From an uncultured Alphaproteobacteria bacterium (GTDB taxonomy: Bacteria; Pseudomonadota; Alphaproteobacteria; HIMB59; GCA-002718135): DNA of 64,000 nt. Shown in pieces: positions 38,964 through 47,603 of this stretch. The notes under the pieces are model-generated. The model searched no databases. It saw only the letters and a program-made list of their open reading frames with translations, and was not told where the DNA came from. The position numbers and the translations under genes are program-made. The DNA lies in contig CACOPD010000001.1 in assembly GCA_902628835.1 (NCBI GenBank), positions 297,347 through 361,346 of the forward strand, written 5' to 3'. Within the stretch, counting starts at the first letter, position 1. Each line of letters begins with the position of its first letter.

Positions 38964-41353
38964 TAGTTTCTTATAGATGCATCAAGCGATTGAGATATTT
39001 CGTCTATTATTTTTTGTGATAATTCTTCAATTTCTTGATCGTTGAATGTTTTATCTTGAGGTTGCAGTAATACCCTAAAAGCAATACTTTTTTTGTTTTC
39101 TGGAAGTTTGTCTCCATCATAAACATCAAATATTGTTACGTTTTGAATTATATTTCTATCTATTTTTTTTACTTTTTTAATTATATCACCAGCCTCAACT
39201 TCTTTTGGGAAAAGAAATGCAAAATCTCTTTCAACCATCTGATAAGGATTGTTAGCAAAACCACCTTTTGAAGAAGATTTATTTTCTTGAAATTGTGAGA
39301 TATTCTCCAAATATATTTCAAAACCGAATACTTTAAAATTAACATCCATTGTTTTTAATAGAATTGGGTGTAATTCTCCAAAATTAGCTATTTTGTTTTT
39401 ACCAAGCCTTAAAGAAGATGATTTGCCAGGATGATAAATTTGACCTTCGAGTTTTTCATATAATAAGTTATCTATAGGTACATTTAAATTAGCTAAAACA
39501 GAAAATAAATCTGCCTTAATACTGAAGACATCAATATTTTTTTTATTTGATAACCAATTTTGTTCATCAGTTGAGCCATAAGCTATAGCAGTGGCAACAT
39601 TTTCTTGATGTTCTGGTAGTGATTTAGAAAAATTAGGACCTACTTCAAATATTTTTGCTCTTAGATACATTCTAGATTTATTTTGATTGATTGCTTCTAA
39701 TAAATTTGGAAGTGTAGATGGTCTCATCGTATTTAAATCGGTACTTATAGGATTTTTTAAACTAATTATTTCATCTGATATAATTTTTGCATTATTTTCA
39801 TCCATAAACGACCAAGTTACAACTTCAGAATATCCATTCAGAGCCATAATTTTTTTACTTTTATAAAAAGTTTTTGTTTTGGTATTTAAAATCTGCTTTT
39901 TTTCTTCTTGATTAGTTACTTTTTTAAGAGGAATTTTATTATAACCATAAATTCTAATTATTTCTTCGACGATATCTGCCTCACCAACAATATCTGGTCT
40001 AAAAGTAGGACTTTGAATTTCAAATTTTGATTTTTTTTCATTAACAGAAAAACCAAGTGAAACTAAAATTTTTTCTTGTTCCTCATTATTGATTTCTATT
40101 CCACCGAAAGACTTCACTTTATTTGTATCAAACATAAATGGTTTACTTTTTTCTATATTAATTTCTGAAGAGACAAATTCACTAACTTCACCACCACATA
40201 ATTCTAAAATCATTTGAGTTGCAGCATCTACACCCCAATAGATGGAATCAGTATCTATCCCTCTTTCAAAACGGTAACGTGCATCACTTTGAAGATTAAG
40301 TTTTCTTCCAGTTTTAGTGACAGAAACTGGATCAAATAACGCAACTTCTAAAAAAACATTTTTGGTTTCCATACTACAACCACTATCAAAGCCACCCATG
40401 ACCCCGCCAATTCCATGAAGTTTATTTTCATCATCAGAAATTACAATCATATCACTATCACATTTATAATTAACTTCATTTAGTGCTAAACACTGTTCAT
40501 TTTTATTGGCTAGTCGCATTTTTAAATTGCCTGAAACTTTGTCAGCATCATAAACATGTAGCGGTCTTCCCAAGTCAAAAGTAATGTAATTTGTAATGTC
40601 AACAAGAGCTGAAATAGGCCTTAATCCGATTGCAGTTAATCTATCTTGAAGCCATTTAGGGCTTTCTACATTTTTGACATTTTTGAAATATCGACCTGCT
40701 ACTCCAGGACATAGATTATTATTTTGAAATTCTTTTTTCCACGTAATTGGACTTTTGAATGATTCTTTTGATTTTTTATAATTTATGTCTTTTAATTTAC
40801 CAATTCCTGCTGCCGCTAAATCTCTTGCGATACCTCTGACCGATAAACAGTCAGATCTATTTGGAGTTAAATTAATTTCAATAATAGGTTCATCTATTGC
40901 AAAAATTTTACTAAATAAATCACCAATTTTATAATTATCTTTTACTTCAATAATTCCATCATGTTCATCAGAAATACCCATCTCTCTTTCTGAGACAAGC
41001 ATTCCGCAAGACTCAACTCCTCTAATTTTAGTTTTTTTTAAATGTAAGTCAGTTCCAGGAATATAACTATTTTCTGGCGCAAAAATTCCAAGCATGCCTT
41101 CTTTTGCATTTGGAGCACCACACACAACTTGATAATTTCCATTTATTGTTTCAACCTGACATACTTTAAGCTTATCTGCATCTGGATGTTTTTCTGCTTT
41201 TAAAACTTTAGCTACTGTAAAATTCTTAAATATTTCTGATTTATCTTCTACACTTTCAATCTCTAAACCAATATTGGTTAAAGTATCTGTTATAGTATTT
41301 AAATTTTCAGAAGTATCTAAATGATCTTTTAGCCAGTCTAGTGTAAATTTCAT
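38963..41353 (-). CDS. pheT: phenylalanine--tRNA ligase beta subunit
   Basis: 796 aa. N-terminal [12 protein letters not shown] and tRNA-binding (EMAP-like) domain. Follows pheS. Confidence 0.95.
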   Translation of the reverse strand: MKFTLDWLKDHLDTSENLNTITDTLTNIGLEIESVEDKSEIFKNFTVAKVLKAEKHPDADKLKVCQVETINGNYQVVCGAPNAKEGMLGIFAPENSYIPGTDLHLKKTKIRGVESCGMLVSEREMGISDEHDGIIEVKDNYKIGDLFSKIFAIDEPIIEINLTPNRSDCLSVRGIARDLAAAGIGKLKDINYKKSKESFKSPITWKKEFQNNNLCPGVAGRYFKNVKNVESPKWLQDRLTAIGLRPISALVDITNYITFDLGRPLHVYDADKVSGNLKMRLANKNEQCLALNEVNYKCDSDMIVISDDENKLHGIGGVMGGFDSGCSMETKNVFLEVALFDPVSVTKTGRKLNLQSDARYRFERGIDTDSIYWGVDAATQMILELCGGEVSEFVSSEINIEKSKPFMFDTNKVKSFGGIEINNEEQEKILVSLGFSVNEKKSKFEIQSPTFRPDIVGEADIVEEIIRIYGYNKIPLKKVTNQEEKKQILNTKTKTFYKSKKIMALNGYSEVVTWSFMDENNAKIISDEIISLKNPISTDLNTMRPSTLPNLLEAINQNKSRMYLRAKIFEVGPNFSKSLPEHQENVATAIAYGSTDEQNWLSNKKNIDVFSIKADLFSVLANLNVPIDNLLYEKLEGQIYHPGKSSSLRLGKNKIANFGELHPILLKTMDVNFKVFGFEIYLENISQFQENKSSSKGGFANNPYQMVERDFAFLFPKEVEAGDIIKKVKKIDRNIIQNVTIFDVYDGDKLPENKKSIAFRVLLQPQDKTFNDQEIEELSQKIIDEISQSLDASIRN

Positions 41354-42415
41354 TTATAGCCCTGATCGTGTTTGGTTATCCAAAATACTAAAACCATAAT
41401 GATCCAGCCATCTATAATTTGGATCAAAAAAACTTCTTAAATCTGTAATGCCATATTTAAGCATCGACAAACGCTCAATTCCCATACCAAAAGCAAAACC
41501 CTGAAACTGTTTTGAATCGATATTACAATTATCTAAAACTATAGGATTGACCATTCCACAACCCAATATTTCTAACCATTTATCTCCTTCACCAATTTTA
41601 ATTTTATTATTTACTTTGGTATAAGCTACATCCATTTCTGCACTAGGCTCGGTAAAAGGAAAGTAACTAGGGCGAAAACGGTATTGTAAGTTTTTTACTT
41701 CGAAAAATTCTTCTAAGAATGAAACGAGTGTTGATTTTAAATCAACCATAGTAGAACTTGTATCAACGACTAAACCTTCTACCTGATGAAACATAGGAGC
41801 ATGTGTAGCATCGGAGTCACTTCTATAAGTTCTACCAGGCACAATAATTTTAATAGGTGGTTTTGTGTTAAGCATAGTTCTCACTTGAACAGGACTGGTA
41901 TGGGTTCGAAGAACATTTTTGTCTCCATTATCCTGAACATAAAAAGTATCCTGCATTTCTCTTGCTGGATGATGTTCTGGGATATTTAAAGCTGTAAAAT
42001 TATTAAAATCTGTTTCTATATCTGGACCTGTTTCCACTGCATAATTTAAATTTCCAAAAATTTCTATAATATTAAATATTGTTTGACTAATTGGATGTAT
42101 TTTTCCTTTTTCAGAAATATTAGGTGGTAGAGTAACATCAATTGTTTCTAAATTAATCTTGTTTGAAATTTCAATATTTTCAATTTCTGTTCTTTGGTTT
42201 TTAATACCTTCTTCAATTTCTTTTTTAATAATATTTAATTCCTGTCCTTTCGATTTTTTTTCTTCAATCGACAAAGAGCCTAATCCTTTTAAAGCTTCAG
42301 ATATTAATCCTTTTTTACCTAGATAATATAGTCGAAGTTTTTCTAAATCTTCGAAGGATTTTGAAGCTTTAATTTTTTTTAGAACATCAATTTTATTTTC
42401 AGCAAATGCCATCAA
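41354..42415 (-). CDS. pheS: phenylalanine--tRNA ligase alpha subunit
   Basis: Class II aaRS motifs (HPAREMQDTFY, FRPSYFPFTEPS, GFAFGMGIERL). Confidence 0.95.
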   Translation of the reverse strand: MMAFAENKIDVLKKIKASKSFEDLEKLRLYYLGKKGLISEALKGLGSLSIEEKKSKGQELNIIKKEIEEGIKNQRTEIENIEISNKINLETIDVTLPPNISEKGKIHPISQTIFNIIEIFGNLNYAVETGPDIETDFNNFTALNIPEHHPAREMQDTFYVQDNGDKNVLRTHTSPVQVRTMLNTKPPIKIIVPGRTYRSDSDATHAPMFHQVEGLVVDTSSTMVDLKSTLVSFLEEFFEVKNLQYRFRPSYFPFTEPSAEMDVAYTKVNNKIKIGEGDKWLEILGCGMVNPIVLDNCNIDSKQFQGFAFGMGIERLSMLKYGITDLRSFFDPNYRWLDHYGFSILDNQTRSGL

Positions 42416-42441
42416 TATCTATTATATTTTATTAATTAAAA

Positions 42442-42795
42442 TTATCTAGCAGATTGAGCTTTATCAACTAAAGCTTTAAAAGCCTCTGGCTGATTAACTG
42501 CAAGATCCGCTAAAATCTTTCTATCTATTTCAATAGATGATTTTTTAAGACCAGATATAAATTGCGAATATGTTAAACCATGAAGTCTAACACCAGCATT
42601 GATTCTTTGAATCCATAAACCCCTAAAATCACTTTTTCTTTTTTTACGATCTCTATAAGCATATTGCATACCTCTTTCGACAGCCTGCACAGCAACTCGA
42701 AAAACATTTTTTCTTCTACCGTAATAACCTTTTGCTCTTTTAATTACTTTTTTGTGTCTAGCTCTTGCTGTAACACCTCGTGATACTCTTGCCAT
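42442..42795 (-). CDS. rplT: 50S ribosomal protein L20
   Basis: [30 protein letters not shown] is a canonical L20 N-terminus. The start is moved to the ATG at 42795, preceded by GGGGAAATCA. The track start at 42834 overlaps rpmI. Confidence 0.95.
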   Translation of the reverse strand: MARVSRGVTARARHKKVIKRAKGYYGRRKNVFRVAVQAVERGMQYAYRDRKKRKSDFRGLWIQRINAGVRLHGLTYSQFISGLKKSSIEIDRKILADLAVNQPEAFKALVDKAQSAR

Positions 42796-42805
42796 TGATT
42801 TCCCC

Positions 42806-43006
42806 TTACTTGTTGTATGGTAACATATGATCAATCAAAGCAGAATCACCTGGTGACATAATTGCAGATCTTTTCGTGTTACGAATAAATTTATTGGAAC
42901 GTTTACTCATTCCATGTCTCTTTCCAGCAGGTTTAAATTTAATTTTACCAGTACCTGTTCTAGAAAATCTTTTTTTTAAACTACTCTTAGTTTTAAGCTT
43001 GGGCAT
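42806..43006 (-). CDS. rpmI: 50S ribosomal protein L35
   Basis: [31 protein letters not shown], 66 aa. Lies between infC and rplT. Confidence 0.95.
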   Translation of the reverse strand: MPKLKTKSSLKKRFSRTGTGKIKFKPAGKRHGMSKRSNKFIRNTKRSAIMSPGDSALIDHMLPYNK

Positions 43007-43031
43007 TACTATCTCCTATATTGTAAGTTTT

Positions 43032-43054
43032 CCCGTTAGGCTGCCCCGCAGGCC
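43032..43054 (-). promoter_or_regulatory. isolated GC-rich element in the infC-rpmI spacer (candidate rpmI-rplT leader structure)
   Basis: On the transcribed strand it reads GGCCUGCGGGGCAGCCUAACGGG, which is 18 of 23 nt G/C by my own count in an otherwise AT-rich 102-nt spacer. CUGC/GCAG and the flanking GGC/GCC can pair. It ends about 25 nt upstream of the rpmI ATG. Confidence 0.3.
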
Positions 43055-43108
43055 ATAACAAGTTTTGAAGGCTTATACTGATAATTGAGTATTTTGCAAT
43101 ATGTAGAA

Positions 43109-43648
43109 TTATTTAGCAACTTGAGGGACAAGTATCATCATTATTTGTCTTCCCTCAAACTTAGGAGCTACTTCAACTTTTGCATATTCTTCGACTTCTG
43201 AAGTTAGTTTTTTTAGAAGATCAAAGCCTAAATTTTGATGTTCCATTTCACGTCCTCTGAAACGCATAGAGACTTTAACTTTATTACCACCACCTATAAA
43301 CTTTGAGAGTGCTTTAATTTTAACATTATAATCGTGGGTATCAATGCCAGGTCTCATTTTAATCTCTTTAACTTCAATTGTTTTTTGTTTCTTTTTTGCT
43401 TCTTTCTTACTTTTTTGCTCTCTATATTTTAATTTACCATAATCTATAATTTTACAAACTGGTGGATTAGCTTCAGGAGACACTTCAACTAAATCAAAAC
43501 CTTCATCTTCTGCTTGAATTAGGGCTTCACGAATGCTTAAGATCCCCATTTGTTTACCACTACTAGATATTAGTCTGACTTCACTTGCAGTAATCTGCTC
43601 ATTGATTCTTGGACCAGTATCTTTCTTTGTTTTGAAATTTACAGCCAA
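43109..43648 (-). CDS. infC: translation initiation factor IF-3, non-AUG start
   Basis: GPRINEQITASEVRLISSSGKQMGILSIREALIQAEDEGFDLVEV is canonical IF3. There is an in-frame TAA 7 codons upstream of the TTG at 43648 and no ATG between them, so the start must be TTG, ATC or ATA. Confidence 0.9.
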   Translation of the reverse strand: MAVNFKTKKDTGPRINEQITASEVRLISSSGKQMGILSIREALIQAEDEGFDLVEVSPEANPPVCKIIDYGKLKYREQKSKKEAKKKQKTIEVKEIKMRPGIDTHDYNVKIKALSKFIGGGNKVKVSMRFRGREMEHQNLGFDLLKKLTSEVEEYAKVEVAPKFEGRQIMMILVPQVAK

Positions 43649-43671
43649 GATTATATAGAGATTGAGTTAAA

Positions 43672-43687
43672 GCTATTAATTAATAGC
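43672..43687. promoter_or_regulatory. perfect 16-bp palindrome GCTATTAATTAATAGC upstream of infC
   Basis: Read directly. It lies 23 nt upstream of the infC start, in the 156-nt divergent spacer shared with the first GT9 gene. Confidence 0.3.
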
Positions 43688-43804
43688 ATATTAGGAAATT
43701 AAGTCTTTTGTCATATTTTGTTAGGATATAATCTCAAATGAATTTAAATTCAAGGGCTGATTTTAAAAAATATAAACTGTTTTTTAAGTTATTAAATACA
43801 CTTT

Positions 43805-44812
43805 ATGAAAATTTGTTTAATTAGAAACGATAAAATGGGAGATATGATCCTTACTCTTCCAGTTGTTCAAGGACTAAAACAAGCTAATCAGGATTGTAAA
43901 ATTGATATTGTATGTTCTCAAAAAAATCAAAAAATATGTAAAAAATATAAATCTATTAACAAAATTTTTTTACTTCAAAATAAATTTTATCAAGTCTTGA
44001 AAATAATTTCAAAATTAAGAAACGAAGATTATGATTATATTTTCACATTTAGCCCTGGTATATTCAGTATATTGATATCAATTTTTTCTAAAAGTAAAAT
44101 AAAGTCATTATTAATTTTTAAATCTCGATACAAAAATAATTACATGAGTAAATTTTTTGATAGAATTTTGGGTAAAATCTTTTTTACTCACTGCTTAATA
44201 ATCGATCGTCAATTAAGATATTCCAAAAAAATACCAATTCATCAAACAGAAATTATGATGGAGATAGTTACTAAAAGTGGATTAAGTTATAATAATACTG
44301 CAGAAATTAAGAATGAATTAGGGTTTAATAAAATAGAAATAAGTTCTAAGAAATTATGCTTAATTCACTTGTCTTCAAAATGGATCAATAAATATCTTTC
44401 AGAAGAAAACTTTATTAAACTATTAGACAATCTTAAAAATTTGAAAATCAATATTGTAATGACAACTGATGGAACATCAAAAAATGTATTCTATGAAATA
44501 TTTAAAAAATATGAAGTTATTACTAATGAAGAGTTTGAAAATCTTAAAAGTATAAATAATATTTTAATCTTAGATAAATTAAATTTTGATAATTGGACAT
44601 CAATAATAAACTCTTCAACATATGTAATTACACCTGAATGTGGATGCACACATATTGCATCACTTTCTGAAACGAAACTTTGTGTTATTTATGATTCAGA
44701 TAATCTTCCAGGTATGATTGCAGAAGAATATGCGCCATGGAAGAAAAAATACACTAAACTATTCTCTAACAACCAAAATTTAGAAAAAGAATTAATTTCA
44801 TTTATTGATTAA
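43805..44812 (+). CDS. glycosyltransferase family 9 (heptosyltransferase-like)
   Basis: N-terminal MKICLIRNDKMGDMILTLPVV resembles the GT9 start (IIR..S.GD..L..P). 335 aa. The C-terminal TPECGCTHIASL is a degenerate form of the GT9 NDSGPMHLAA motif. Confidence 0.7.
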   Translation: MKICLIRNDKMGDMILTLPVVQGLKQANQDCKIDIVCSQKNQKICKKYKSINKIFLLQNKFYQVLKIISKLRNEDYDYIFTFSPGIFSILISIFSKSKIKSLLIFKSRYKNNYMSKFFDRILGKIFFTHCLIIDRQLRYSKKIPIHQTEIMMEIVTKSGLSYNNTAEIKNELGFNKIEISSKKLCLIHLSSKWINKYLSEENFIKLLDNLKNLKINIVMTTDGTSKNVFYEIFKKYEVITNEEFENLKSINNILILDKLNFDNWTSIINSSTYVITPECGCTHIASLSETKLCVIYDSDNLPGMIAEEYAPWKKKYTKLFSNNQNLEKELISFID

Positions 44813-45733
44813 TTTACTATCTTGTAAAAAATCTAAAACTTTTTTTACCGAAATTGAGTCCATTGTATCGGTCAGAATCGTATAAGCATTTTTATATTCA
44901 GATAAGTTTGATTTTGAGATAACATTATCTTTAGCTAAAAAAAGAATAGGTGAATTACTTAGAGCTGCTATATGACCTGGACCAGTATCATTACTAATTA
45001 TAAAATCACTTTTTTTAGCGATGGAATAGATGATTTCAGGAGGTGATTTATCGCTTAAATCTATAACCTTCTGACATGCATTATTGATCGTTTCTACTGT
45101 TTGTTTATCTGATTTTTGCCCAATAACACAAATATGATATCCTTTTTTTTCTAGAGTACTTGCAAGTATTGCAAATTTATCTGGTGACCATTGTTTGTCC
45201 TTGCCTGATTTAGAAACACCAGGTATCATTAAGATTATTTTATCTTCATTAATTGCCGTAATATCTCTGGAAAGCCAATCTACATTTTGATAAATTTCAT
45301 TTACTCCAAGTAACTTTAGTTGATTATATAAACCTTGTTGTGGAGATTCAGTTCCTTGTGGAGGAATTACATATTGAATATCACAATTAGAACGAGATCC
45401 GTTAACTTTTACTTCTGAAATAAATTTTAAGAATGACCAATAATTATTTGTTCTTTTAGAATTCTGTAAATCTATGATTAGATCATATTTATTTTGATTA
45501 ATTTTTAATATAACCTTAAGTGAATCAATTATTCCTTTTCTATTATCTTTATAAATCGAATTAAAATAATTTGAATTGCTTAAAAAATTTGCGTATTTTG
45601 CTTCAGTTAGCAAGTCAATAGTGGCATTACTAAAAAATTTCTTAATTGATGCCATAGCAAGTATAGAAAATGCAATATCACCAAGTGATCCATGCTTTAC
45701 AACTAGTATTTTGTTAAATTGACTGCTGTTCAT
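44798..45733 (-). CDS. glycosyltransferase family 9 (heptosyltransferase-like)
   Basis: ILVVKHGSLGDIAFSILA at the N-terminus and SNDTGPGHIAAL near the C-terminus. 311 aa. Confidence 0.75.
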   Translation of the reverse strand: MNSSQFNKILVVKHGSLGDIAFSILAMASIKKFFSNATIDLLTEAKYANFLSNSNYFNSIYKDNRKGIIDSLKVILKINQNKYDLIIDLQNSKRTNNYWSFLKFISEVKVNGSRSNCDIQYVIPPQGTESPQQGLYNQLKLLGVNEIYQNVDWLSRDITAINEDKIILMIPGVSKSGKDKQWSPDKFAILASTLEKKGYHICVIGQKSDKQTVETINNACQKVIDLSDKSPPEIIYSIAKKSDFIISNDTGPGHIAALSNSPILFLAKDNVISKSNLSEYKNAYTILTDTMDSISVKKVLDFLQDSKLINK

Positions 45734-46841
45734 ATAAGTCTACGTAACTTTGTACCATTTGGTATTTTGAAAATGTTTTTGATATATAGTCTTTGCTTTC
45801 TAATGAAATATTAGAAAATTTTTCTTTATCTATTTTTATAATATTTTGAAGTTTTACATCTATTTCATTATATTTATGAGGATCTACTTTATAAATGTCA
45901 TCTAATTTATCAAGCTGATCTTTCACACCACCATAGTTAAAGGCTAGTACCCTTTTTTTCATTATTAATGCTTCGCTTATAATTCTTCCAAAGCCTTCAG
46001 CTTGTAAAGGAAAAGAGGTAATAATTGATGATAGGTAATATAAAGTTTTCAAATCACCTCTTGGTAGATTGCCTATAATCTTACATTTATGACCAAGGTT
46101 AAAACTTTGAATTTTATTTTGTAGTTTCTCTGTATAAGATTGATTTTTTGTATCACCTGCAAAATAAAGTAAAAAATTATCATTTTGCATCTTATTAAAT
46201 ATATCTAAAAACTCAATTTGACCTTTCCAATTTGTTAGCCTTGCAGGATATAGAATAATATTTTTTGAGGTATCAATTTGATACTTATTTATTATATTTT
46301 CTATTTGAGAATCTAAAATTGGTTTTTCAAAATAATTAACATCAACTCCTCTATTAATCACTTTAATTTTATTTGAATTTAAATTGTATTTTTTACTAAT
46401 TTCATTTTTTACATAATTTGAAATCGCAACAATCTGATCAACTTTGGATAATTGCTTATTATAGATTTTCTTAAAATAAGAATTACCACTATACACATTA
46501 TGAAATGTAGATATTGTTTTGAAGTTTCTATTTTTTATAAAACTTAAAATCCATGCTGGCGCTCTTGATCTTACATGAACAACATTAATATTTTGATTAA
46601 TAATTAATTTTTTTAATTGATTAGCAATTAATGGATAAATAAAAAAATTTTTTGAGTTAACTGGTAATTGAAAATGATTAGTATAATTTTTATCAATTTC
46701 CTTAATTAAGTGCCCTCCATTTGAGATAATATTATTTTTTAAATTTAATTCAGATAAATAATTTGCGACTTCAATAGTACCTCTTTCGACACCACCAGAA
46801 TCTAAAGAGGGAAGAATTTGAGCGACATTAAATGATGACAT
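45714..46841 (-). CDS. glycosyltransferase, GT4 (group 1) family
   Basis: N-terminal LDSGGVERGTIEVANYL and EX7E region EGFGRIISEALIMKKRV. 375 aa. Its stop overlaps the downstream GT9 start by 20 nt. Confidence 0.75.
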   Translation of the reverse strand: MSSFNVAQILPSLDSGGVERGTIEVANYLSELNLKNNIISNGGHLIKEIDKNYTNHFQLPVNSKNFFIYPLIANQLKKLIINQNINVVHVRSRAPAWILSFIKNRNFKTISTFHNVYSGNSYFKKIYNKQLSKVDQIVAISNYVKNEISKKYNLNSNKIKVINRGVDVNYFEKPILDSQIENIINKYQIDTSKNIILYPARLTNWKGQIEFLDIFNKMQNDNFLLYFAGDTKNQSYTEKLQNKIQSFNLGHKCKIIGNLPRGDLKTLYYLSSIITSFPLQAEGFGRIISEALIMKKRVLAFNYGGVKDQLDKLDDIYKVDPHKYNEIDVKLQNIIKIDKEKFSNISLESKDYISKTFSKYQMVQSYVDLYEQQSI

Positions 46842-46871
46842 TTTATTAAAATATAAGTATTTGTATCAAAG

Positions 46872-47603
46872 ATGCCTTACTTTATTAATAAGAAAAAAGA
46901 AAGAATTCGCTATAAATCTATAAAGGGTAAGGGGCCTGGTATCATCTTTATCCATGGTCTTAACTCAGATATGAGTGGTCAAAAAGCTTTGTCTTTAGAA
47001 AGATTTGCTCGAAAAAATAAATTGCAGTTTATCCGTTTTGAATGCCGTGGTCATGGTAAATCTGATGGGAAATTCGAAGATTTTACAATTTCAGATTGGA
47101 AGAAAGATTTAATTGATATCATTGATAATATAGCAAAAGGACCGCAAATTCTGGTTGGTAGCAGTATGGGTGGATGGTTAATGTTTTTAGCTGCCAAAGC
47201 AAGACCAAAAAGAATTGCTGGATTAATTGGTCTAGCGGCAGCACCTGATTATATCGATGGGTTTTATAAAAAACTGCCTTTAAGGAAAAAACAAGAAATG
47301 AAGGAAAAGGGAATTATTAAATATTCCTCTTATGGGTTTAGTTATCTTATTAAAAAAAATTATATTATTGATGGTAGAAAAAATAAAATTTTAAATAAAG
47401 AATTCAAATGGAATAAGCCTTTAATTTTAATACAAGGCCTAAAAGATAATGTTGTCACTCCAGATGTTCCAGAAAAAATAGTAAAAAAAATTAAAGGTAA
47501 TCAAATCCAAATTAAATTATTAAAAAATAGTGATCATCGATTATCAGAGCCATTCGATTTAAAAATAATGAATGATTCTATTCGATCAATAATAAAAAGC
47601 TAA
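46872..47603 (+). CDS. alpha/beta-fold hydrolase
   Basis: Nucleophile elbow VGSSMGGW, IFIHGL oxyanion region, C-terminal SDHRL. 243 aa. Confidence 0.7.
   Translation: MPYFINKKKERIRYKSIKGKGPGIIFIHGLNSDMSGQKALSLERFARKNKLQFIRFECRGHGKSDGKFEDFTISDWKKDLIDIIDNIAKGPQILVGSSMGGWLMFLAAKARPKRIAGLIGLAAAPDYIDGFYKKLPLRKKQEMKEKGIIKYSSYGFSYLIKKNYIIDGRKNKILNKEFKWNKPLILIQGLKDNVVTPDVPEKIVKKIKGNQIQIKLLKNSDHRLSEPFDLKIMNDSIRSIIKS

Noticed and set aside
42796-42834. N-terminal extension of rplT ([13 protein letters not shown]).
   Set aside because: It overlaps the end of rpmI. MARVSRG at 42795 is the canonical L20 start and has a GGGGA ribosome-binding site 5 nt upstream.
43738-43824. 28-aa ORF (MNLNSRADFKKYKLFFKLLNTLYENLFN) upstream of and overlapping the first GT9 start.
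   Set aside because: It is too short, has no ribosome-binding site and no recognisable feature. It overlaps the well-supported GT9 start in another frame.
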